Positions 53,615 to 64,000 of a DNA stretch of 64,000 nt are shown here, in pieces. The stretch is from Candidatus Poriferihabitaceae bacterium. Its GTDB lineage: Bacteria; Pseudomonadota; Gammaproteobacteria; Arenicellales; Poriferihabitantaceae. The stretch is taken from the NCBI GenBank assembly GCA_965213885.1, contig OZ243919.1, positions 2,763,039 through 2,827,038 of the forward strand, read 5' to 3'. Numbering within the stretch: the stretch's first letter is position 1; each line of letters starts with the position of its first letter. The translations under genes and the position numbers were made by a program. The notes under the pieces are model-generated. The model worked only from the letters and a program-made list of their open reading frames with translations, did not search any database and had not been told where the DNA came from.

Positions 53615-53667
53615 CACTCCGCCCGGCGGCGCGTCCGTGCAGACGGAGGCGCCGGGGCCGGCCGGCG

Positions 53668-54882
53668 TCAGGATGCCATGCTCTTCCTCGGCGCAAGTGC
53701 GACGGCGACGGCGAAGCTGGCGACGGCGAACACGAAGGCTTCCCGCAATACCAGTGAAAGACTGGACCATGCCAGCGGCTGGTGGTCCACACTGGAGGAC
53801 AGGACAAGCAGAAGGCCGGAAAACACCAGGCGCCCCATGAGGCTCTGGATCGAAAGGTAGGTGGCCCGCAAATGGCTGCCGATGCGCGGAGCAATCATGG
53901 CATTGACCGGTGCATAGATCAGTACCATGGGAAAATTGCGCAGGATGACCAGGACCAGCACCCATTGGGCCAGCACGAACGCGAGCGCCCCGATGATGGC
54001 AAGATGCGTCGCGAAGGCGATGTACAGGAGGGAACGTATGCCGAGCCGCTGATGGAGCCGTACACTGAACGCCGCCCCCAGTACACCGCCGACCATCGAG
54101 ATGCCGGCGACCACGCCGGACACCAGGGTCGTGGTGTCCCCGGCGAACCACTCCAGGTCGAGCAACCGGAGATAGGGCTGGTAGAACTCGTAGGCGACGT
54201 GCTCGAGGGAGTACATGAACACCATGACCCCGAAAAGCCAGGCCAGGACCCTGTCGGACAGCAGGCGCCAGCAGTCCCGTATCGAGTGGAGAAAGGACTC
54301 CGTGCCGGAACCGTCCTGACGGCGGTCCGGCGGCTCAACGCAGCCCCACGTCAGCCAGAACGCCCACAACGCCCCGACCAGTGCCAGTCCATACGGCAGC
54401 CGGAGGTCGGCAAGACCCAGGACCCCCCCGGCCAGGGAGGCCAGCGCCAGGCCGGCCGTGCCGAGCAGTTGACCGTGGGCCTCGTGCACGGCATATTGCT
54501 CTTGCGTGCCCAGCGACAGCAGGGAATCATAGAGGAAGGCCGTATCCGTTCCGGAAAGAAACGCCATTCCCAGGGCCAGCAAAACCTGCCCGAACACCAG
54601 GCCCGTGAAGTCCGTGGCCGCGATGAAGGCGACGTTCGACGCCACGAAACAGGCGGCGGAAACCAGCATGGTGATCCGGCGTCCCAGGCGGTCGGAAAAG
54701 TACCCGGACGGGACTTCGGACAGGGTCACGCACAGGTAATAGATCGAGCCGAGGAGAATCGCCGACGACAGCGGGACCATGCTGCTGAAATAGAGGAAGA
54801 ACACCGGAAACCAGCCAAACAGGTTGGTGCTGAACTGGATCCAGGGATAGCGCCGGATATTGATATCGGTCGCGGGGGTCAC
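53668..54882 (-). CDS. MFS transporter
   Basis: EVPSGYFSDRLGRR (motif A), SGTDTAFLYDSL, about 12 TM. Confidence 0.88.
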   Translation of the reverse strand: MTPATDINIRRYPWIQFSTNLFGWFPVFFLYFSSMVPLSSAILLGSIYYLCVTLSEVPSGYFSDRLGRRITMLVSAACFVASNVAFIAATDFTGLVFGQVLLALGMAFLSGTDTAFLYDSLLSLGTQEQYAVHEAHGQLLGTAGLALASLAGGVLGLADLRLPYGLALVGALWAFWLTWGCVEPPDRRQDGSGTESFLHSIRDCWRLLSDRVLAWLFGVMVFMYSLEHVAYEFYQPYLRLLDLEWFAGDTTTLVSGVVAGISMVGGVLGAAFSVRLHQRLGIRSLLYIAFATHLAIIGALAFVLAQWVLVLVILRNFPMVLIYAPVNAMIAPRIGSHLRATYLSIQSLMGRLVFSGLLLVLSSSVDHQPLAWSSLSLVLREAFVFAVASFAVAVALAPRKSMAS

Positions 54883-55127
54883 TTACCATCGTCCGGGGCA
54901 TTCATTGCCCGGACTCTAGAGGATCGCCCGGTCCGATGGAATAGCCGGTCCCTGCCGGGACCTTCGGCTGTTGCCGTCCTGGCCGTCCCGACGCCTCTCA
55001 ATGACGCCCGCCGGCCGCGGGCCGGGATTGCACACATGAACACACTGGGAAGGACATCGAATCAGACGGGCCCCGCCGATTCCGGACGGCCGGATGACGG
55101 CGCGCGCCGCCGTTTCGGCACGGCGGC

Positions 55128-55985
55128 ATGCTGACCATCAGCTTCCTCGGCTGTGGCCGCGCGGGCCGGGTGCTGGGCCACCTGTGGCACCGCGACGGCG
55201 TATTCCGGATCGGGCAGGTCCTGACCCGCTCCCCCGACTCCGCCGCCGACGCGGTACGGAGCGTCGGCGGCGGCGCCGCGCTGGATTCCCCCGCCGGCCT
55301 CGGACCGGCGGACGTGATCCTGCTGGCGACACCGGACCGTCATATCGGCGATGCGGCCGCGCACCTGTCCGGGAGCCGGGCGATCACGTTTCACCTCGGT
55401 GGAGCCCTGGCGTCCACGCTGCTGCGCGATGCCGGCCTCGAGGGCCCGGTTGCCAGCGTACATCCGCTGCACAGTTTCGGTGACTTCACCTGGTCGGCCC
55501 GGAATTTCAGCGGAACCTGGTGCGCCTGCGAGGGGGATGAGGCAGCACTCGAGGTGCTGCGGCCGGCATTCGAGGCGATCGGCGGGCGCACGTTCACCAT
55601 CAATGCCAACCGGAAACCGGCCTACCATGCCGCCGGCGTCATGGTGAGCAACTATCTCAACGCCCTGACAGCGGCCGGCATCGACACGTACGGACTCGCC
55701 GGCATCGACCGCGGCACCGCGGCCGCGCTCATCGCCCCGGTCCTCAGGAACACCGTCGAGAACATCGTCGCCCACGGCCCCGGGGCCACGCTGACCGGAC
55801 CGATCGCCCGGGGGGACTGGCAACTGGTGGAAGCCGAACTCGAGACGCTCCGGGAACTGGACCCGGCGCTCGCGGAGATCTACCGGGTCATGGGCGCCAG
55901 GACCCTGGAGCTGGCCAGGACGCGGGATGACCTGGATTCTGATGACATGGCAAGAATGGGTGCTATTCTGGGCGCCGGACCCTAG
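55128..55985 (+). CDS. Rossmann-like + DUF2520 oxidoreductase (PanG-like ketopantoate reductase family)
   Basis: GCGRAG, LLATPD, HLGG, SVHPLHSF, YHAAGVMVSN, LTGPIARGD. Confidence 0.85.
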   Translation: MLTISFLGCGRAGRVLGHLWHRDGVFRIGQVLTRSPDSAADAVRSVGGGAALDSPAGLGPADVILLATPDRHIGDAAAHLSGSRAITFHLGGALASTLLRDAGLEGPVASVHPLHSFGDFTWSARNFSGTWCACEGDEAALEVLRPAFEAIGGRTFTINANRKPAYHAAGVMVSNYLNALTAAGIDTYGLAGIDRGTAAALIAPVLRNTVENIVAHGPGATLTGPIARGDWQLVEAELETLRELDPALAEIYRVMGARTLELARTRDDLDSDDMARMGAILGAGP

Positions 55986-56043
55986 CCTGGTCTGCCCGGG
56001 GCCAGGCAACCCAAACCGCCAGTTCAAGGTCAGCATTCGGAAC

Positions 56044-57885
56044 ATGTCTCCACGATCCAGGGTTCATACCACCGCACGGGGCGACTGGCGCGCCGCGCAT
56101 AAGCTCCTGCCCTACCTGTGGCAGTACCGCTGGCGGATCGCGGTCGGCCTGGCACTCCTGGTGGCGGCACGGGCCGCCAACATCACGGTGCCGCTGGTCC
56201 TCAAGGAGATCATCGACGCCATGGACGCCGGGGAGACGGTGCAGATCCTGGTGCTGCCCCTGGCGTTCCTGATCGCCTACGGGCTACTGCGTTTCGGCGC
56301 AGTCCTGTTCAACGAACTGCGCGACATGATCTTCGTACGCGCCAGCGTCGACATCATCCACCGGGTCGCCATGGAGGTTTTTGTCCACCTCCACCGGCTT
56401 TCACTGGGCTTTCACCTCGACCGCAAGACCGGAGGGCTGTCGCGCGACGTGGAGCGCGGCACCACCGGCATCGGCTTCTTTCTCCGGATCATGGTGCTCA
56501 ACATCGTGCCGGTCGTGCTGGAAATCGCCGCGGTACTGGGAATCCTGTGGTACCAGTTCGATATCCTCTTCGCTCTGGTGACGGTCACCGTCATCGTGGT
56601 GTATGCGGTGTTCACCTACCTGGTCACCCGCTGGCGCACCCGTTTCCGGGTGGAGATGAACGCGGCGGAATCCAGCGCCAACACGCGCTCGATCGACTCG
56701 CTGCTGAACTACGAAACGGTCAAGGTGTTCGGCAACGAAATGCTGGAAAGGGAACGCTACCGGGATGCCATGGACCAATGGGCGCAGGCCAACCTGAAAA
56801 GCTACTACTCCCTTTCGCTGCTCAATACCGGCCAGGGATTCATCATCGCCGTCGGGATGACGGTGCTGATGGTCATGGCGGCCGGCGGCGTGGTCGCCGG
56901 ACGGCTGACCCTGGGGGATTTCGCCATGATCAACGCCTTCCTGATCCAGCTCTACATCCCCCTCAGCTTCCTCGGCTCCCTCTACCGGGAACTGAACCAT
57001 TCCCTGATCGACATGGAAAAGCTGTTCGACCTGCTGGACGAGTCGCCGAAGGTGATGGAACCCCCCGACGCCAGGCCGCTTGCGCTGTCCCGTGGCGAGA
57101 TCCGGTTCGAGAACGTGAGCTTCCGGTACCAGCAAGACCAACCGGTTCTGGAGGACATCAGCTTCGGAATTCCCGGGGGAACCATGCTGGCGGTGGTGGG
57201 GCCGTCGGGGTCCGGAAAATCCACCCTGGCCCGGCTGCTCCTTCGGTTCTACGATCCGGACTCGGGGCGGGTGACCATCGACGGACAGGATGTCCGCGAA
57301 CTGACCCTGGAAAGCCTGCGCGCGGTCATGGGCGTGGTGCCCCAGGATACGGTGCTGTTCAACGACACGATCGGCTACAACATCGGCTACGGCCGCCAGG
57401 GCGCCTCCGCCGGGGACATTCGCGAGGCGGCCGGGGTGGCGCAGATCGACGCCTTCATCGAACAGCATCCCCAGGGTTATGACATCCTGGTGGGCGAGCG
57501 CGGCCTCAAGCTCTCGGGCGGGGAAAAGCAGCGGGTCGCCATCGCCCGCACCGCCCTGAAAGGGGCGCGGATCCTGATTTTTGACGAGGCGACCTCCTCC
57601 CTGGACAGCCGCGCCGAACAGGCGATCCAGCAGGCCCTTGACCGGGTGGCGGAAAACTGCACCACCCTGATGATTGCCCACCGCCTGTCGACGGTGACCC
57701 ATGCCGATCACATCATCGTGCTGGACAGGGGGCGGATCGTGGAACGGGGCACCCACGAAGCGCTGGTCGGCAGCGACGGGCTGTATGCCCAGATGTGGCA
57801 GCTGCAGCAGGAAAAGCAGCTGTATCTCGAATCCCATGAAGTCCAGGACGCCACGGGGGCCGGCGAAGAGGAGATCGGAGTTTGA
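56044..57885 (+). CDS. ATM1/ABCB7-like fused ABC exporter
   Basis: FHLDRKTGGLSRDVERG, DSLLNYETVKVF, GPSGSGKST, VPQDTVLFNDTI, LSGGEKQRVAIAR, DEATS. Confidence 0.92.
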   Translation: MSPRSRVHTTARGDWRAAHKLLPYLWQYRWRIAVGLALLVAARAANITVPLVLKEIIDAMDAGETVQILVLPLAFLIAYGLLRFGAVLFNELRDMIFVRASVDIIHRVAMEVFVHLHRLSLGFHLDRKTGGLSRDVERGTTGIGFFLRIMVLNIVPVVLEIAAVLGILWYQFDILFALVTVTVIVVYAVFTYLVTRWRTRFRVEMNAAESSANTRSIDSLLNYETVKVFGNEMLERERYRDAMDQWAQANLKSYYSLSLLNTGQGFIIAVGMTVLMVMAAGGVVAGRLTLGDFAMINAFLIQLYIPLSFLGSLYRELNHSLIDMEKLFDLLDESPKVMEPPDARPLALSRGEIRFENVSFRYQQDQPVLEDISFGIPGGTMLAVVGPSGSGKSTLARLLLRFYDPDSGRVTIDGQDVRELTLESLRAVMGVVPQDTVLFNDTIGYNIGYGRQGASAGDIREAAGVAQIDAFIEQHPQGYDILVGERGLKLSGGEKQRVAIARTALKGARILIFDEATSSLDSRAEQAIQQALDRVAENCTTLMIAHRLSTVTHADHIIVLDRGRIVERGTHEALVGSDGLYAQMWQLQQEKQLYLESHEVQDATGAGEEEIGV

Positions 57886-58018
57886 CCATGAAGACAGCGG
57901 GTATCCGTCCGGCGCCTCAAGACAGACCGGCCCCGCGGCAGCGGATGACGGCATGCCGCGGCGGCTTCCGGTGCAACCCCGGCTCCGGCGGGCTCCGGAT
58001 ATCCGCCGGACCCCGGTG

Positions 58019-58507
58019 ATGGGATCCTCCCCGTACATCACCCCGGAAGGCTTCGCCTTGCTGCAGGCGGAGGAAAGGGAGATCTGGAGGAGGCGCGCCG
58101 AAGTCACCCGGGCGCTGTCCGCCGCCGCCGCCGAAGGCGACCGCTCGGAAAACGCGGAGTACATCTACCGCAAGAAGCAGCTCCGGGAAATCGACCGCCG
58201 GATCCGCTACCTGCAAAAGCGCTTGCCGGAACTGAACGTGGTGGACCGGGTGGGCAACGAGGAACAGGTGTTTTTCGGCGCCCGGGTCACGCTGGAGACA
58301 GAGGATGGCGGCGTGGAGGAGTATCGGATCGTCGGCGGCGACGAGATCGACAGCGACTCGACGAGGGGTTACATCAGCGTGGATTCACCCATGGCCCGGG
58401 CGCTGCTGAAAAAGACGGCGGACGACGAGGTGGTGATCGAAATCGGTGGTATTTCGCGCCGGTATCTCATCACGGGAATCCGCTACGACCAGGTGCGGGC
58501 CGGATAG
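58019..58507 (+). CDS. greB: Transcription elongation factor GreB
   Basis: YITPEG, AAAEGDRSENAEYIYRKKQLREIDRRIRYL, VFFGA, ISVDSPMARALL. Confidence 0.95.
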   Translation: MGSSPYITPEGFALLQAEEREIWRRRAEVTRALSAAAAEGDRSENAEYIYRKKQLREIDRRIRYLQKRLPELNVVDRVGNEEQVFFGARVTLETEDGGVEEYRIVGGDEIDSDSTRGYISVDSPMARALLKKTADDEVVIEIGGISRRYLITGIRYDQVRAG

Positions 58508-58825
58508 AAAATTCCCTGTCGCATCCGCCCGACGGGTTGACGGGTGTCCGCCGGTATCCCGTGCCAGCACCTGCCAGGAGCGAATGGACTGTCCGCTATT
58601 GAGCGGCCGCATCCCCCCGGCCCGGCCTGCCCCCTCCGACTCTTCCCCGAACAACCAGGCGGCACGCAGCCGGGTCGTTCAGGACAGACCGTTTCGCGGT
58701 ATGACAGGATCCAGGCGGTTCGTCCCGCTGCCTCACCTGACCGCGAAGCGGTGCGCCAGCGTTGTCCTGCCATCCGGCTCGGGCCGAAGAGGGAATCCAT
58801 GAGTCCGGCAAATCCTCCCGGACAG

Positions 58826-60460
58826 TCAGAATCCCGCCGCCATGCCATCCTTGCGATGATCGGAACCGGCGACATAGATGCCGTCCGCGCGGTAGATGAG
58901 CTGGGCGCCGCCGAACCCGGTTTCCTCGTCCGGGCTGCCGGCATACAGCCTGTGGCCGCGCCGCTGGAGTTCCGCCTCTACCTCGGGATCGAAGCCCTCC
59001 TCCAGGTGCAGCTGGAGATCCTCCAGCACCCGCCAGCGGCGGGCATCGCTGGCGGTCTGCGGATTCTGGCCGTAGTCGTAAATGCGGATCACCATCTGCG
59101 CGTGCCCCTGGGCCTGCATGCTTCCGCCCATGACGCCGAAACTCATTTCCGGCCGGCCGCCCCGGGTGACGAACCCGGGGATGATGGTGTGAAACGGGCG
59201 CTTGCCGCCGCCCGCCTCGTTCGGATGCCCGGGAATCAGATTGAATCCAGCACCGCGGTTCTGCATGCTGATGCCGGTTCCCTCCACCACCACGCCGGAG
59301 CCGAAGCCGAAGTAGTTGCTCTGGATCATGGAGACCATCATGCCATCCCGGTCAGCGGTGGTGAGGTACACCGTGCCGCCCCGGTCGGGAAAGCCGTGCC
59401 GGGGAAAGCGCGCCTCGGCCATGCTGATCAGGGCCGCCCGCGAAGCCAGGTATCCGTCGTCCAGGAGGTTCTTCACGGACATCGTCATGGCATCGGGATC
59501 GGCGACGTACTGCCAGGCGTCCGACAGCGCCAGCTTCATGGCCTCCACCTGGAGGTGCACGCTGTCGGCGGAATCCGGCGCGAAGCGGCCCACGTCCAGG
59601 TGGCGGATGATGCCGAGCATCATGAGTGCGGCCAGCCCCTGGCCATTGGGCGGGATCTCGTGCAGGGCGATTTCGCCGTACTGCTGCCGGATCGGATTCA
59701 TCCAGTCCGCCCGGTGGCCGGCAAGGTCTGACGGCTCCAGCTTCCATCCGTTACGCCTGGACGAGGCCACCATTTCCATCGCCAGCTCGCCGCGGTAGAA
59801 AGCCTCTCCCCGGGTGCGGGCGATGGCTTCCAGCGTGGCCGCCTGGTCGGGGAACCGGAACCATTGACCCGGTGCCGGCGGCTTTCCGTCCGGCAGGAAG
59901 TGATGGAATCCCTCCTGTGTCCGGAATTCCGGCGACGCGGCCGCCCAGGCCCGCGCGGTGATCGGGGACACGGCATAACCGTTGCGGGCATACTCGACGG
60001 CATCCTCGAACAGCCGTGCAAAGGGCAGCCTGCCGAAGCGTTCGGACATCGCCACCCAGGCGGACACCGCTCCGGGAACGGTGGTGGCGGGCCAGCCGAA
60101 CAGCGGCATCTCCCCGAGACCGGCGTAGTCCTCCGGCGTGACCGCCGCCGCCATGCGACCGGAGGCGTTGAGACCGTGCAGTTCCGTTCCGTCCCACAGG
60201 ATGGCAAAGGCATCGCTGCCGATCCCGTTGCTTGTGGGTTCCACCACGGTCAGCGTGATGGCCGTGGCAAGCGCCGCGTCCACCGCGTTGCCGCCCTCCC
60301 GCAGCGCGCGGACGCCGGCCTGCACCGCGAGGGGCTGGGACGAGGCGACCATGTTGCGCGCCATGACCGGCATGCGCCGGGAATCATAGGGAAAGCCGCC
60401 GGGAAAACCGTAATCGAGGGAGTGCATCGGGCTGGTCTGGGGTTCTTGATCTGGATTCAT
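58826..60460 (-). CDS. Gamma-glutamyltransferase-family (Ntn hydrolase, YwrD-like) protein without signal peptide
   Basis: GGNAVDAA, VVEPTSNGIGSD, nucleophile GGTVYL, SMIQSNY.GFGSG, KRPFHTIIPG, GVMGGSMQAQGH, SDHRKDG. Confidence 0.92.
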   Translation of the reverse strand: MNPDQEPQTSPMHSLDYGFPGGFPYDSRRMPVMARNMVASSQPLAVQAGVRALREGGNAVDAALATAITLTVVEPTSNGIGSDAFAILWDGTELHGLNASGRMAAAVTPEDYAGLGEMPLFGWPATTVPGAVSAWVAMSERFGRLPFARLFEDAVEYARNGYAVSPITARAWAAASPEFRTQEGFHHFLPDGKPPAPGQWFRFPDQAATLEAIARTRGEAFYRGELAMEMVASSRRNGWKLEPSDLAGHRADWMNPIRQQYGEIALHEIPPNGQGLAALMMLGIIRHLDVGRFAPDSADSVHLQVEAMKLALSDAWQYVADPDAMTMSVKNLLDDGYLASRAALISMAEARFPRHGFPDRGGTVYLTTADRDGMMVSMIQSNYFGFGSGVVVEGTGISMQNRGAGFNLIPGHPNEAGGGKRPFHTIIPGFVTRGGRPEMSFGVMGGSMQAQGHAQMVIRIYDYGQNPQTASDARRWRVLEDLQLHLEEGFDPEVEAELQRRGHRLYAGSPDEETGFGGAQLIYRADGIYVAGSDHRKDGMAAGF

Positions 60461-60547
60461 GCGGATTGCGGAGGATGACTGCCCCCGGGCCGGCCATCCG
60501 GGGTGGAACGGGTCATCCGGGCACGCGCCGGACCGGCAGTCCGGGGG

Positions 60548-61459
60548 TCAGGGACCCCCGGGCGCCAGCGCGCCCGACCGGATGGCGCGTTCCCGCCGGA
60601 TGGCCATGATACTGTATGACATCACGGCAGCCAGTACCACCGCGCTGCCGGCCAGGGTGTAGAGACTGGGCGTCTCGCCGACCCCGAGCCAGACCCACAG
60701 CGGGTTCAGCACGGCCTCGCTGAGCGAGAACAGCGCCACCTCCGCGGCCGGGATGAAACGGGTGCTCCAGGTCAGGCACATGAACCCGAGGCCGAACTGG
60801 ACACTGCCCAGGGCCAGGATGATCACCAGGTCATGGCGACTGACGGCAAAGTCGCCGACAAGAGCCAGCACGATCACCGCGGTGAACAGGCCGGACAGGC
60901 AGGTCGCGGGCATCATGTCCACGTGCCGGTTGCCGCGCAGGATCAGGAGATAGCACACGAACATGATGGCGAGGCCGAGGGCAAATACATTCCCCAACAT
61001 GCCGCCGGACACCAGGCCGTCCGCGAACATGAGGCCGATACCAAGGATCGCGGCGAACATCGCCGCCAGGCTGCCGCGGGTCACCCGCTCCCTGAGGAAC
61101 AGCCATCCGGCCAGCGCGGCCAGCAGAGGAGCGGCGCCGATGATGAACACCACGTTGGCCACGGTGGTGTTGAGCATGGCCATGATGTAGAAAATCGACC
61201 CCACGGAAAGGACGAGCGCGGCCAGCAGGCCTGCCCTGCCGATGTCGATGAAGCGCCTGGCGGTGTCGCCGCGGTACTGGAACAGCAGGAATAGGCCGAT
61301 GGTGGAAAAGGTGGCCAGCGAGCGGTAGAACAGGATCTGCCAGCCGTCCGCGAACTCGATGTTGCGGATCAGGATGCCGGAGAGGCTGAGGAAGACGCCG
61401 CCCAGAAGGACGATGGCCACGCCCGCCATATAGCGGTTGTCCCGGGGCAGGGCCTGCAT
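60548..61459 (-). CDS. DMT/EamA-family transporter
   Basis: Ten hydrophobic segments; FYRSL, TTVANVVFI..APLLAAL..LFLRE, SEAVLNPLWVW. Confidence 0.88.
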   Translation of the reverse strand: MQALPRDNRYMAGVAIVLLGGVFLSLSGILIRNIEFADGWQILFYRSLATFSTIGLFLLFQYRGDTARRFIDIGRAGLLAALVLSVGSIFYIMAMLNTTVANVVFIIGAAPLLAALAGWLFLRERVTRGSLAAMFAAILGIGLMFADGLVSGGMLGNVFALGLAIMFVCYLLILRGNRHVDMMPATCLSGLFTAVIVLALVGDFAVSRHDLVIILALGSVQFGLGFMCLTWSTRFIPAAEVALFSLSEAVLNPLWVWLGVGETPSLYTLAGSAVVLAAVMSYSIMAIRRERAIRSGALAPGGP

Positions 61460-61484
61460 GCGGAGTGAAGGGTATCCGGGGGGA

Positions 61485-64000
61485 TCAGGCGGAGGCCGTC
61501 TCCGCCGCGGCAAGGCGGCGGCTGCGCCTTGCCTCCAGGGGGGCCACCAGCAGCGACATCATCGGCGGAACGATGAGCAGCGTGATCACCGCAGACAGTG
61601 CGAGGCCTCCCACCACCACCGAACCGAGGCCCCGGTAGAGTTCCGAGCCCGCCCCGGGAAACAGCACCAGTGGAAGCATGCCGAACACGGAAGTGAGCGT
61701 GGACATGAAGATCGGCCGGATGCGGTTGCGCGTGGCCTTCGGAATGGCTTCCTTCGGATCCATGTCCCGCTCGCGGATCAGGTGCAGGGTCTGGTGCACC
61801 AGCAGGATGGCGTTGTTGACCACGATGCCCACGAGGATCACGAAACCCAGCATGGTGAGCATGTCCAGGGCCTGGTAGGTGTAGAGATTCAGCACCGCGA
61901 GGCCCGCGATGCCGCCCGCGGCGGCGATGGGGACCGACACCATGATGATCAGCGGGTAGACAAAGCTCTCGAACAGCACCGCCATCACCAGGAAAACGAT
62001 CACCACCGACAGCAGCAGGTTGATCCCCATGGCGGCACGGGTCTGGTCAAGCTTGTCCGCGGTGCCGGAAATCCTGAGCCGCACGTCCGGGGGCAGTCCC
62101 TCGGCCTTCAGTGGCTCGATGACCCGGTTCCGGATCGTCTCGATGGCCGATTCCAGCGGCAGCAGAGCCCCCGGACGGACCTCCAGGGTGATGGTGCGGA
62201 AACGCTCCCGGTGCTGGATCTGCGTGGGACCCGAGGTCAGTTCGATATCGGCCACGGATTCCACCGGGATGACCTGGCCCGCCGGCGTGACGATGGGCAG
62301 GTCCCCGATCCCCTGGGTTTCCACCACGGAACCGGTGGCGCCCTTGAGCAGGATGTCCATGAGCTTTCCCTCCACCGTGGCCTGGGTGATTCTGAGTCCG
62401 TCGTTGAAGGTGTCGATGGTCAGGGCCAGGTCCCGCGCGGTGATGCCGCTGTCGTTGAGCCGCACCCGGTCCGGGTTCACCCTGACTTCCGGCGCGCCCA
62501 GTTCCAGCCCGGGGACCGGTCGCCATTCGTGACCCTGGTCCCGCGGGAACAGGTGGATGATCCGGCCGAATGCGCGGTTGGCGACCTCCAGCACCGTCTC
62601 CAGCTCGTTGCCGGAGATGTCCAGGTCCACCTTGCGCCCGCCGCCGATGCCGCGGCCGAAAATCGACGGCTGGGTGATGAACCCGAACGTGCCCGGCTCC
62701 CGGAATACCGGCGCGCTCAGCACGGGCTTGAGTTCCGCCACCCTCGCGGGGTCCGCGGACACCGCCCCGAGAAAGGTGCGGGACCGCGTGGCCACGTAGA
62801 AGAACCGTTCGATCAGGGGGGGGCTCTCGGCTTCCGGTGGCGCACCGGCAGCGTCATCCGGATCGTCAAGGAACCGGTTCCTGAGCCCGTCGAAGAACCG
62901 CCCGGCCTGCTGGACCAGCGTGGGCTCCGGTTCGGCCCCGGCAGGCGGGACATCCGACTCCGTGATCCACAGATGGCTGATTTCCTGCTCTATGTCCTGC
63001 GCGATCCGGGTGGTGGTGTCGAGGTTGTAGCCCGGCGGGGGGATGACGATGCCGAACAGCAGGTTGCGGTTGCCCTCCGGCAGGTATTCAAGCTTGGGCA
63101 GGAACTGGTAGCTGAAGTAGCCCGCGCCCGCGGTGACGGCGACGGCGATGAACAGGGCAATGGAACGGCTTCGCACCACGAGGGTGACGAAACCGATGAT
63201 CAGGTTGCTGAAAAGACCGGCGACGGAGTCCAGCAGGAAGATCCGGGCTTTCCGCATGTGGCCGTCCGGGGTCTGCCGGTTCGACAGCATCCGGCGCGAA
63301 AACGCGGGAATGACGGTGATGGACACCACCAGGGAAAGAACCACGGCAACGGAAATGGCCACGGCGATATCGCGGAACAGCTGGCCGGCCTCCAGTTCCA
63401 TGACGAGAATGGGTATGAACACCATGACCGTGGTCAGCGCCGAAACCAGCACCGCGCTCCACACCTGGCTGGCTCCCAGGTAGGCGGCCTCGCGGTTGCC
63501 GTACCCTTCTTCCTTGTGCCGGTAGATGTTCTCGAGCACCACGATGGCGGCATCCACCACCATGCCCACCGCGAAGGCCAGGCCCGCCAGGGAAATCACG
63601 TTGATGGAACGTCCCAGAGCCGCCATGGCGACGAAGGCGCCGACCACCGACACCGGAATCGCCAGGGTGACGATGGCGGTGGCGCGGACCGAGCGCAGGA
63701 ACAGGATCAGGACCATCGCCGCCAGGCCACCGCCGACCCAGATATTCTGCTTGACCAGGTCAATGGCGGAATTGATGTACACCGTTTCGTCATACACCTG
63801 CTTGAGATTCAGTCCGGCCTCCGGTACCACGGACTGGTTGAGTTCCTTCACCGCCTCGGCGAGGCCCGCCATGGTCTCGATGACGTTGGCGCCTGTCTGG
63901 CGGGTGGCGTTCATGGCCAGGGCGGCATCACCAAGCATCCGGATGGTGGCGGTGGGCTCCTGGTAGCCGAAGCGCACATCGGCGATGTCGCCCAGCCTGG
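61485..64000 (-). CDS. RND efflux permease (AcrB/AcrD/AcrF family), N-terminus outside the window
   Basis: SINVISLAGLAFAVGMVVDAAIVVLENI, GIVVNNAILLV, RIRPIFMSTLTSVFGMLPL; frame open to the window edge. Confidence 0.93.
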   Translation of the reverse strand, partial: RLGDIADVRFGYQEPTATIRMLGDAALAMNATRQTGANVIETMAGLAEAVKELNQSVVPEAGLNLKQVYDETVYINSAIDLVKQNIWVGGGLAAMVLILFLRSVRATAIVTLAIPVSVVGAFVAMAALGRSINVISLAGLAFAVGMVVDAAIVVLENIYRHKEEGYGNREAAYLGASQVWSAVLVSALTTVMVFIPILVMELEAGQLFRDIAVAISVAVVLSLVVSITVIPAFSRRMLSNRQTPDGHMRKARIFLLDSVAGLFSNLIIGFVTLVVRSRSIALFIAVAVTAGAGYFSYQFLPKLEYLPEGNRNLLFGIVIPPPGYNLDTTTRIAQDIEQEISHLWITESDVPPAGAEPEPTLVQQAGRFFDGLRNRFLDDPDDAAGAPPEAESPPLIERFFYVATRSRTFLGAVSADPARVAELKPVLSAPVFREPGTFGFITQPSIFGRGIGGGRKVDLDISGNELETVLEVANRAFGRIIHLFPRDQGHEWRPVPGLELGAPEVRVNPDRVRLNDSGITARDLALTIDTFNDGLRITQATVEGKLMDILLKGATGSVVETQGIGDLPIVTPAGQVIPVESVADIELTSGPTQIQHRERFRTITLEVRPGALLPLESAIETIRNRVIEPLKAEGLPPDVRLRISGTADKLDQTRAAMGINLLLSVVIVFLVMAVLFESFVYPLIIMVSVPIAAAGGIAGLAVLNLYTYQALDMLTMLGFVILVGIVVNNAILLVHQTLHLIRERDMDPKEAIPKATRNRIRPIFMSTLTSVFGMLPLVLFPGAGSELYRGLGSVVVGGLALSAVITLLIVPPMMSLLVAPLEARRSRRLAAAETASA

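Noticed and set aside
58508-58825. SRP RNA, 6S RNA or RNase P RNA
   Set aside because: Only a partial GTCAGG..GCAGC resemblance to SRP; the CCGGAAGG arm and the RNase P core motifs (GAGGAAAGUCC, AACAGAA) are absent.

Overview
High-GC proteobacterial chromosome segment, most consistent with a marine gammaproteobacterium (rpmB-rpmG, uvrC-pgsA-tRNA Gly/Cys/Leu, petABC-sspAB, hslVU, rpoH). A host-associated lifestyle is possible but not shown. The core backbone carries an oxidative-type aprMBA operon with no sat/dsr/sox in the window, a stand-alone homocysteine S-methyltransferase, an AddAB-like helicase-nuclease pair and a DddP-like M24 protein. There are two accessory regions. (1) A ~3 kb islet at tRNA-Leu(TAA) holds two toxin-antitoxin pairs and a P4-type integrase split at an A8 / A_AAA_AAC slippery site. 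(2) A ~14 kb lower-GC island (about 36.1-50.0 kb) encodes a LacI regulator and a divergent operon of ThDP enzyme, sugar-type ABC transporter and HisD/HpsN-like dehydrogenase. This looks like an uncharacterised catabolic pathway. A stack of decayed elements sits between regulator and operon (IS1634, internally deleted group II intron, IS30, ISAs1), and a complete IS4 with a 10-bp target duplication lies at the right side. Several regulatory sites are readable directly: a perfect CIRCE upstream of rpoH, a sigma32-type promoter for hslVU, and related TATAAAG palindromes upstream of the methyltransferase and of aprM. All family assignments come from motif recognition by eye; no searches were run.
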